This document shows, one piece after another, positions 8,529 through 16,500 of a stretch of DNA of 49,130 nt (positions within the stretch are counted from its first letter, which is position 1; each line of letters begins with the position of its first letter). A program made the position numbers and the translations under genes. This DNA is from a virus. Its lineage: Duplodnaviria; Caudoviricetes. Under the pieces are notes generated by a model that was given only the letters and a program-made list of their open reading frames with translations, did no database searches and was not told the DNA's origin. Location: IMG/VR virus record IMGVR_UViG_3300032220_000083, positions 1 through 49,130 of that record; one strand, given 5' to 3'.

Positions 8529-9344
8529 ATGACACACCCATTTGAAAAAGCAGGACTCGGCAAGGCACCCTTCTCATGCACAGGCGTGAGCGAGAATGTT
8601 TGGGATAACGGCGACGGCACGACCAAGGCTGGCGGCGTCTGCGACTATTGCGGCACAGGCATTCGTTGGGAGTTTTGGATTAAGGGTTCTATTGCTGGCG
8701 CAAAGCAATTCAAGGTGGGTTGCGATTGTGTTGCCAAGACTGGCTGGGGCATTGATCGCTTCTTGGAAGTTCGCGCCGAACATACACGCGCACGCCGTCA
8801 GGCTGGTGCCCAGAAGCGCCGCGAGACACGCAAGGCACAGATCGAGGCAGAACGCGCTCAGAGAGCCGCAGAGCGTCAAGAGACTACCCAAGCATGGCGC
8901 GATGCCAACAGCGCCTTGGTGGCCCGTTTACAGGCTTACAAGGGTGACAATGAGTTCCTGCGCGGCATGATCCAGAACTTGGCCCAATGGGGCAACCTGT
9001 CCCCCCGTCAAGTCGAGGCCACTGAGTCCTGCTTCGCGGTGATCGAGCGCCAAGAGTTTGCCCGTGCTAACAGCCAGCACATCGGTGCCATTGGCGACAA
9101 GGTCACTCTGACCATTACCGTAGAACACATCATTGTCATTGAAGGTTTCTACGGCACAACCTACATCACCATTGCCCATGACGAGCAGGGCAACGCCGTC
9201 ACCTACAAGGGCGCTGGTCGCCTCATTGGCCGCAAGGGTGAGACACACACAATCAAGGCCAGCGTCAAAGACCACACCGTCTACAACGGCGTCAAGCAGA
9301 CCGTTATCCAGCGCCCAAAAGTGCTGGAAGTGGCATTAGGGTAA
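8529..9344 (+). CDS. Hypothetical protein: N-terminal Cys zinc ribbon, coiled coil, C-terminal OB-fold-like domain
   Basis: CDYCG..VGCDC; C-terminal G.IGDK.TL..TV...KASVKDH..Y.G.KQTVIQRPK. Confidence 0.7.
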   Translation: MTHPFEKAGLGKAPFSCTGVSENVWDNGDGTTKAGGVCDYCGTGIRWEFWIKGSIAGAKQFKVGCDCVAKTGWGIDRFLEVRAEHTRARRQAGAQKRRETRKAQIEAERAQRAAERQETTQAWRDANSALVARLQAYKGDNEFLRGMIQNLAQWGNLSPRQVEATESCFAVIERQEFARANSQHIGAIGDKVTLTITVEHIIVIEGFYGTTYITIAHDEQGNAVTYKGAGRLIGRKGETHTIKASVKDHTVYNGVKQTVIQRPKVLEVALG

Positions 9345-9452
9345 GTCCCTACAAAATAATTTGTGAGGGGCTTGCACAGACCTCGCAAGTTAATGTTATA
9401 CTTTCACCAACAACAGCGATAGTGCAGTTGTCCAACAGCGAAGGAAAGCGAA
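9337..9452 (+). promoter_or_regulatory. Repeated promoter/leader cassette 4
   Basis: TAGGGTAAGTCCCTA, CAAAATAATTT, TTGCAC inside an inverted repeat, TGTTATACT, ACAGCGAAGGAAAGCGAA-ATG. Confidence 0.75.
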
Positions 9453-9647
9453 ATGATCGGAAGCCCAGAAATCTTGCACAGAAACAAAGCGCCACGCAAA
9501 GCAGGCACAGGCGCATTGAAAATCATGCACATCCCATTGCTTGGTGGCTGGTACATCGTTCGCGGCAAGTACCACACACCTATCGGTGGCCGCTTTGAGA
9601 CTCGTGCTGATGCTGTAGCCCACTTGGCCGCAAAGCGCAACAAATAA
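9453..9647 (+). CDS. Small basic hypothetical protein
   Basis: First ORF after cassette 4. Confidence 0.6.
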   Translation: MIGSPEILHRNKAPRKAGTGALKIMHIPLLGGWYIVRGKYHTPIGGRFETRADAVAHLAAKRNK

Positions 9648-9668
9648 TTAACAGCGAAGGAAATTAAA

Positions 9669-9908
9669 ATGAAATACCTATCAGATGCAATGGCCCAGAA
9701 GCGCAACGAGAACGACGCCTTCGAGGCACGGTTTGCCAAAGAGAACGCCGCACGCGCCAAGCGCATTGCCAAGTTCACACCGCGCACAGACCTGCACCCA
9801 GCAGTGGGCGTGCTGATCAGCGCCAAGGGCGTGACCTACTATGCCTTCGTTGGCGGCATCTACCGCGAAGGTTCCCCAGAGCATCTGGCTTCATTGTTAA
9901 CAGCGTAA
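9669..9908 (+). CDS. Hypothetical protein
   Basis: ACAGCGAAGGA leader. Confidence 0.6.
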   Translation: MKYLSDAMAQKRNENDAFEARFAKENAARAKRIAKFTPRTDLHPAVGVLISAKGVTYYAFVGGIYREGSPEHLASLLTA

Positions 9909-9919
9909 GGAGAATCAAA

Positions 9920-10192
9920 ATGAGAGCATCAACTGTAGACCGCACATTTCAGGATGTCGTATCTTTTGACAACGGCGAGACCGTGAAGGATGTGACCGTG
10001 GGTTACAACTACATTCCAGCGGAATTGAATTACCCCGACGCCCCAGACTACGCCGAAGAGTTTGAGGTGTTTGTGTTTGACGACTACAGCAAAGACATCA
10101 CGGTGGATGTGCCAAGGGACGAGTACGAGCGGCTGGTGGAGGAGGTCAAGGCCGATCACAGGCAGGTGATGAAGGACGCCAGCGAATACTAG
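9920..10192 (+). CDS. Small acidic hypothetical protein
   Basis: TAAGGAG RBS; D/E-rich; stop lies inside cassette 5. Confidence 0.65.
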   Translation: MRASTVDRTFQDVVSFDNGETVKDVTVGYNYIPAELNYPDAPDYAEEFEVFVFDDYSKDITVDVPRDEYERLVEEVKADHRQVMKDASEY

Positions 10193-10307
10193 GGAAAGCA
10201 CCTAGAAAATAATTTAAAAAAGTATTGTCAAGGTGAATTATCGTGTTACACTATCTTCACTGACACAGCAATTCCGCATAGTCAGTTAAAAGCGAAAGAA
10301 AAGCGAA
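10190..10307 (+). promoter_or_regulatory. Repeated promoter/leader cassette 5
   Basis: TAGGGAAAGCACCTA-GAAAATAATTT..TTGTCA..TGTTACACT..AAAAGCGAAAGAAAAGCGAA-ATG. Confidence 0.75.
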
Positions 10308-10577
10308 ATGAAAAAATCTATCAAACTCAAAGACATCTATGTTGGTCAACTCGTGGTTACCACTGACAGCGTAGAAGCCCAAGTGCGCACCGTTGAGAGC
10401 GTTGAGGGTCTCATGGTCACACTGACTTGGTACGAGGGCACCAACCAGTGCATCCAAGGCGTGGACTACTCATTGCTGGGCTTGCCTACACTGGCCCAGA
10501 TCGAATACAGCATCAACAACAACGGTCGGCTTGCCAATCTGCAAGATGTTGAAGATGTGACCTTGCTCATCGGCTAA
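10308..10577 (+). CDS. Hypothetical protein
   Basis: First ORF after cassette 5. Confidence 0.65.
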   Translation: MKKSIKLKDIYVGQLVVTTDSVEAQVRTVESVEGLMVTLTWYEGTNQCIQGVDYSLLGLPTLAQIEYSINNNGRLANLQDVEDVTLLIG

Positions 10578-10583
10578 ACCAAA

Positions 10584-10599
10584 GGGGGCTTCGGCCCCC
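10584..10599 (+). terminator. GC hairpin with UUCG tetraloop
   Basis: GGGGGC-TTCG-GCCCCC after a stop codon; no U tail. Confidence 0.4.
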
Positions 10600-10636
10600 A
10601 CTACCGAATCAATAACCAACTGAAAGCGAATCGATT

Positions 10637-10828
10637 ATGACAAACGAAATTGACATCACCATCTACACAGAAGACCAGTCCCGCGTTTCCATCTCTGAGT
10701 GGGACGACGGTGGCGCGTGGCTTAAGATTGGCGTGAAGAGCGGCGGTGCTTACACAACCTTGACCCGCGACGAGGCACAGCAGTTGTTGGCTGGCCTGCA
10801 AGCCATCTTGGCAAAAGAGGTGGCTTGA
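10637..10828 (+). CDS. Hypothetical protein
   Basis: AAAGCGAATCG leader; coupled to the next ORF. Confidence 0.6.
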   Translation: MTNEIDITIYTEDQSRVSISEWDDGGAWLKIGVKSGGAYTTLTRDEAQQLLAGLQAILAKEVA

Positions 10829-11079
10829 TGTACGACAAAACAACGCACGCCCGCGTAGTCGCTGACAACTACTTTTGGAGCGGCATGACTAAGGATCAAC
10901 TCTGGGACAATGTGTGCCTTGTGTGGGACAGGCCACAGAACTACGCCTTGTCGCACATCAAGGCTGGCATAGCCCAACTTGAGAGCCGTGGCATTCTGAC
11001 AAGCGAAGAAGCGCAGGCTTGTCTCAAGCAAACACTCAAGACGAGAGAAAAAGCAAAACGCGAAGAGGTGACAGCATGA
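10828..11079 (+). CDS. Hypothetical protein
   Basis: GAGG RBS, TGATG overlap. Confidence 0.55.
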   Translation: MYDKTTHARVVADNYFWSGMTKDQLWDNVCLVWDRPQNYALSHIKAGIAQLESRGILTSEEAQACLKQTLKTREKAKREEVTA

Positions 11080-11294
11080 ACAAGCAGGAGATTGACGAGA
11101 TGATGAAAGACCTACCAAGCCAACAGTTACCCGACGAGACCTTGATTCAGAAGATCACAATCGCTATAATGTTCATAGTGATTTTGTTCCTGATGGTGTG
11201 GGCACCAGACTTCATTTTGACTGAAGAGGAATGCCTGCAACAAAGCCCTCGTGCTATCACCATCGGACTATGTAGCGAACCGAAAGCGAAATAA
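11076..11294 (+). CDS. Small membrane protein
   Basis: GAGGTG RBS, ATGA overlap, one TM segment ITIAIMFIVILFLMVWA. Confidence 0.55.
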   Translation: MNKQEIDEMMKDLPSQQLPDETLIQKITIAIMFIVILFLMVWAPDFILTEEECLQQSPRAITIGLCSEPKAK

Positions 11295-11478
11295 AACCGA
11301 GTCGGTTCTTGGCCCTAAAGGCCGAGGCCGACAACATCATCTGGCCTTAGAGGTCGTTGATGTAGGTGAGACAAGGCAATGGCCTTGATTGGTATTCCTA
11401 TGCCCAAAGCATAGACTGGCGAACCATAAGCGAATCGATTACACTGCGATCAATTCGACACTATGGGGAATATGGGTC

Positions 11479-12081
11479 ATGCCAGAAACACCGAAGGGGC
11501 CAAAGAGGCCCGCAAAGAACGCTAGAGCGGCACAGGAGGCCGCAAAAGCCATTGGGAAGGCCAAGGTAGCATCTAAGGCCGCAAAGGCTCCTACGCCCGC
11601 TAAAACAGGCAGGCCAACAAAGTTCAACCAAGACACCGCTGACCTCATATGCATGATGCTAAGTGAGGGGATGAGTCTAAGGCAGATACTGAAGGCTGAC
11701 ACTGTTGGGAAACTCCCAGCGCAGTCTACGATTTACGAGTGGTTGATTCGCTTCCCGCTCTTTGCGGAGCAATACGCACGCGCTCGTGAAGAGCAGGCCG
11801 ACACCAACGCCGATGAAATCCTCCAGATCGCCGACGAGATGCCGCCTGAGTACACCGACGAGAAGGGGCGCACCAGTCTGGACATGACCTACATCCAGTG
11901 GCAGAAGCAACGCATCGAGGCCCGCAAGTGGACGGCCATGAAACTCAAGCCAAAGAAGTACGGCGACAAGTTGGGCCTGCACGGCGTGGAGGGTGCCGCG
12001 CCCATCGCGACTCAGGACAACACGGCCAGCAAGTTCGAGGAGATCATCCGCAACATGGAGATGACCAAGCGTGCTGGCTGA
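11479..12081 (+). CDS. terS: Terminase small subunit (P22/Sf6-like)
   Basis: GRPTKF..IC..LSEG.SLRQI, TIYEWL, QYARAREEQAD, RIEARKW..KL.PKKYGDK; immediately upstream of TerL. Confidence 0.88.
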   Translation: MPETPKGPKRPAKNARAAQEAAKAIGKAKVASKAAKAPTPAKTGRPTKFNQDTADLICMMLSEGMSLRQILKADTVGKLPAQSTIYEWLIRFPLFAEQYARAREEQADTNADEILQIADEMPPEYTDEKGRTSLDMTYIQWQKQRIEARKWTAMKLKPKKYGDKLGLHGVEGAAPIATQDNTASKFEEIIRNMEMTKRAG

Positions 12082-13501
12082 CCTGTTCGATGACCAGACG
12101 GTGGCAGAGTTCGAGACCCTGCCCGAACATAACCGAATCGCTTTCATCGCTCATGCCAAGTGGATAGCAGGTGCGCACCCTTACCAGATACCGCCAGACC
12201 TGCATCTGGATTACCGAGTTTTCTTGATGCTTGCGGGTCGTGGGGCGGGTAAGACGAGGTCAGCCGCTGAAGCCTTGTGGTGGTGGGCATGGACGCACCC
12301 AGAAACGATGAGCATCGTTCTGGCTCCCACTTCGGGGGACTTGAAATTCACCTGCTTTGAAGGGCCGTCAGGACTGCTGGCGTGCATTCCTGAAGCACTG
12401 GTGGTGGACTACAACAAACAAGACCACCTGATCAAGTTGAGCAACGGCTCCAAGATCAGGGGTGTATCAGCAGACTCGTATGACCGCCTGCGCGGTATCA
12501 ACTCATCCTTTGTGTGGTGCGACGAGTTGGCCGCATTCAACTACCTCGGCCCGAACGAGGCGTGGGACAACATGATGCTTGGCCTGCGTATCAAGCCAGA
12601 CGACAAGCCCCACAGCCAGCCGCGTGTCATTGTGACCACGACACCGCGCCCCAAGGACTTGATCCTCGATCTGGTGGGCCGTGAGGGTGACGATGTGGTG
12701 GTGTCCCGCGCCAGCACCTTCGACAACGCCAAGAACCTCGACAAGGCATTCCAGCGGCAGTTGGAGAGTTACCGTGGGTCAAAACTTTATGAGCAGGAAG
12801 TGCTGGGCCAGATTGTCGATCTTGAGGACGGCAAGGTGGTCTCCCGCGATATGTTCAAGTTGTGGCCTGCCAAGAAGCCCTTCCCTAAGTTCGAGTACAT
12901 CGTGCAGTCCTATGACTGCGCCTTCAGCGAGAAGGAACACAACGACCCGACGGCCATGACCACATGGGGCGTGTTCAAGCCGCAGGACGGGCCTATGAGC
13001 GTGCTTCTGATCGACTGCTGGGCTGAACACCTGTCCTTCCCTAAACTCAAGCCCAAGGTGCTAGAGGAGTGGCGTGTGTCCTATGGTGAAGGCAGGGACG
13101 CCAAGAGGCCAGACCTGATCCTCGTGGAGGACAAAGCCGCAGGCATCTCCCTGATCCAAGAGTTGCGGTATGCCCACCTGCCTGTGAGGGCGTACAACCC
13201 GGGTCGGGCAGACAAAATGCAACGCCTTCAGATCACCGCGTCCATCTTCGCGACTGGCCGTGTATGGCTTCCTGAGTCCGACACCCACAAGGGCTATGTC
13301 AGGAGTTGGGCCGAGGGCTTCCTGTCCCAGATATGCGCCTTCCCTGATGCCGCGCACGACGACTATGTGGACAGCACGACGCAAGCGATTCGGTTACTCA
13401 AAGACATGAACTGGCTCGACATCAACCCAGAACCGCCTGATAATGACGACGACTATCTGGAGTTCACCCAACAGAAACGGGTGAACCCGTATGCGGCATA
13501 A
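12071..13501 (+). CDS. terL: Terminase large subunit
   Basis: Walker A AGRGAGKT, LRG, WCDE, TTTP; nuclease SYDCA and HDDYVD. Confidence 0.95.
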   Translation: MLADLFDDQTVAEFETLPEHNRIAFIAHAKWIAGAHPYQIPPDLHLDYRVFLMLAGRGAGKTRSAAEALWWWAWTHPETMSIVLAPTSGDLKFTCFEGPSGLLACIPEALVVDYNKQDHLIKLSNGSKIRGVSADSYDRLRGINSSFVWCDELAAFNYLGPNEAWDNMMLGLRIKPDDKPHSQPRVIVTTTPRPKDLILDLVGREGDDVVVSRASTFDNAKNLDKAFQRQLESYRGSKLYEQEVLGQIVDLEDGKVVSRDMFKLWPAKKPFPKFEYIVQSYDCAFSEKEHNDPTAMTTWGVFKPQDGPMSVLLIDCWAEHLSFPKLKPKVLEEWRVSYGEGRDAKRPDLILVEDKAAGISLIQELRYAHLPVRAYNPGRADKMQRLQITASIFATGRVWLPESDTHKGYVRSWAEGFLSQICAFPDAAHDDYVDSTTQAIRLLKDMNWLDINPEPPDNDDDYLEFTQQKRVNPYAA

Positions 13502-13509
13502 GGAGCAAC

Positions 13510-16500
13510 ATGGCTGACCCAACCAAAGTAATCAAAGGCGGATTGAGCGCCGTGCGCAACGCAAGCCGTGCGGCAGATCAGGCGCTGGAGGCCAAGAGGC
13601 TGGCGCTGGAGGCGGCTAACCCTCCCATCAAGGCGTCGGAGGCTTACGGCCAGCATGAGGGCGCGTACATGAAGCCGATCTTCTATGACCGCATGAAGGT
13701 TGATCTGTCCAAGGGCAAGAAGGGTGGCCCCGGGTTCTCTGGCATCCAACTCGTTGACCCCAACTATGCGCAGGCAAAGGCGGCGGCAGGCGTGACTGAC
13801 CAGAAGATGGCAACGCGTATCCTGAACCGCAACAAGGCTGGCGTGCCCGCAGGTGCAAAGGTGATCTGGACGCCGTCGGTGGGTGGCCTCGAACAGCACA
13901 AGTCCAACTCGACCATGTTCGGTGAGTTCGCTGACATCTTTGCCAACCAGCGCAAGAATATGTCGAACGAAGAGATACAGAAGTTGAGCGACCGCGCCAG
14001 CAATGCGGTAAACAACAAGGGCGAGTTAATCTTCCCCAACGGTATTGATTTGGGTTCACGCAACTTCCGCCAGAAGGTTACGACCTATGACCAACGCGGC
14101 TTGATGGCTGACATCTTTGCTGGCCGTGGTGTGGGTGGCGAGAAGGGCCGCACGGTGCCTATGGAGGACTTGCTTGAGAAGAACCTCGACCCCAATGTGG
14201 CTGGCGCTGGCACGCTCGACTTGGGTAACAGGCTGTTCAGGCTTGAGGGTAATGTCATCGACCGCCCTGACCTGCACAGCGACTACCGCAAGATTCTCAC
14301 TGGTGAAGACCTTGGGGTGAACTACATCCCTGTGCCCATCAGAGATGTGTACAGCGACTGGGAGGCGCAGAAGGCGCTTGACTTGGCCGCGCAGGGTAAG
14401 AACCGAGGCGTAACGCTGATGGACTACACCAAGAACGATCCCACGGTGCAGTTGACCGAGGCGCTGTTGACCAAGATGCAAAAGGCTGGACAGAAGAAGG
14501 GCGGCGTTGTCAGGAGCGAGGAGAGTCCACAGGACATGGCTCGATTCCAAAAGCGGTATGCGATGCACAAGGCCATCGGTGGCCGTGTCAGCAGTAAGCC
14601 AGTGCATATGGTTGACGGTGGCAAGATAGCAAAGGGCATGATGAGCATCTTTGACAAGGCCAGCAAGGCCGCTGATGCCACGCTGGCTAGTAAGGCATTG
14701 CCTGCGGCAGAGCGCGACGCGAACCTTGCCAAGATGCTTGAGAAGAGCAAGGTCAAGAACAAGGCGTATCACGCAACAAATCAAGATGTGAAGCGGTTTG
14801 ATCCAAAGGCAGACACGCGCACAGAGAACAAATCCAACATCGCTGGGTGGATGACAAACGATCCAGAGTTTGCAAACGACTTTGCGTCGCAGAAGTTCAG
14901 GTACTGGAAGACCGCTCACAGACCGTGGGAGGAAGACCCCAATGTGCCACAGGGCGCGAACATCATGCCCGTGCATCTGTCGATTGAGAATCCTTTTTAC
15001 GCTACCGACCTGATCAAAAATCTTTCAGGTGAATTGAACATGGATGAGGCCAAGGCCGTGGCAAAGGCGCTAGGTGTTGGCGTTGATGAGTTGCTTGGCG
15101 ACATCCCCAAGGCCATCAAGTACAAATCCACTGGCTACGAGCGTGAGCATACGCCTAGAGGGTTTGACCTTGTGAAGTCCAATGTGGCAACCGACGCAAT
15201 GAAGCGACTAGGCCATGATGGCGTGATTGCCATTGAGAACGGCTCAGAGGTCTACGCGCCCTTCAAGGAAACGCAGATCAAGTCGGCCACAGGCAACCGT
15301 GGCACATACGACCTAAATGATCCTGACATTAACAAGGCCAAGGGTGGCCGCGTTGAGGAATCACCCGAAGACATGGCGCGTTTCCAGAAGCGGTTTGTCA
15401 TGCACAAAGCCCTTGGCGGATCGGTCAAGAAGCCCCAGAAGTTTGACGGTGGCGGCATTGCATCCCCAGAGGAAAGTTCTGGCCCACCACCTGACCGCGA
15501 GACCAAGGCTGGCCTGATGGCTGAGTACCTTGCCAAGGCGGCAAAGGAGCAAGGCAAGGAAGAGTTGTCCAGCCTAAAAAAGCCACGCGCCCTCACAGAC
15601 TTGCTTAACCGTGGCGTGCTGGCAAACAATCCATTGAGCGCAGGTGTTGACCTTTTCAACATGGGCCTGAATGTTGTCGGCGCAGGAAGCGAGAAGCCAT
15701 TCCTTGGGTCTGAACATCTGAAGGAACTGATGAACAAGACGGGCGTCACTTCAGGCGAAGAGCGCCCAATGATGGAGACCGCATTAAGTTTTGCCAGCCC
15801 TACGGCAATCATCAAGGGCGGCATGAAAGCAACAGACGCGGCAAAGAAAGCGCCTGAGTTGATGAAAAAAGCATCAGACGCAATCAGTTCGAGTAAACTA
15901 TCCCCTCTGGCAACAGAGGCGAAGACTGCATCGGCAGGGAAGCCAACAGGAGCAACATATGCTACAAAACAAGAAGGGCCATTCTTCCGAGTCAGCCCAA
16001 CCACACTTGACACAAGTAAGGCAAAGAATCGCGGAATTAGAGAAGCGGATGAACTTCAAGGCCAAGCCCCTCTCGGAGGAGGAGCAGGACAGACTGGAAG
16101 CCAAGTTCCGACGCGCCTCGCAGATGAAGAGGTGGCCCGAATAATCGCCGACCCAGTCGCGAACGAGCCGCTGAACATTGCAAAGAAATACACGCAAGAG
16201 ATTCAGGGCACAGACTTTGTTCTGCCCCAGATTCCTGAGAGTTCTCTTGTCAAACAATCAGCCATTGGCCGCACGCATCAACTTGCGGTAGATGGCACGC
16301 CTGAGTACAAGACTGCGGTCTTTGATGCTTACGCCCAGCAGATGCCAGAGGTGCTTGAGCAGGCTGGAGCCAAGAACTACGACGACCTGATGGAGAAGGC
16401 TTACCGCCAACTTGCAAAGGAAACCGACGCTCAGTTCCAAGCCCTGCCCTACAACTTCTCGTACCACCGCGCTGGTGAAGGCAACTACAACTCCAGCAAA

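Noticed and set aside
6249-10307. Repeated elements as a CRISPR array or integron attC cassettes
   Set aside because: The repeats are degenerate, 0.9-1.3 kb apart, contain -35/-10 boxes, lack attC R/L box structure, and no cas or integrase gene is present.
11295-11478. Possible tRNA or known ncRNA in the intergenic gap
   Set aside because: No cloverleaf, T-loop GTTCRA or CCA end recognisable.
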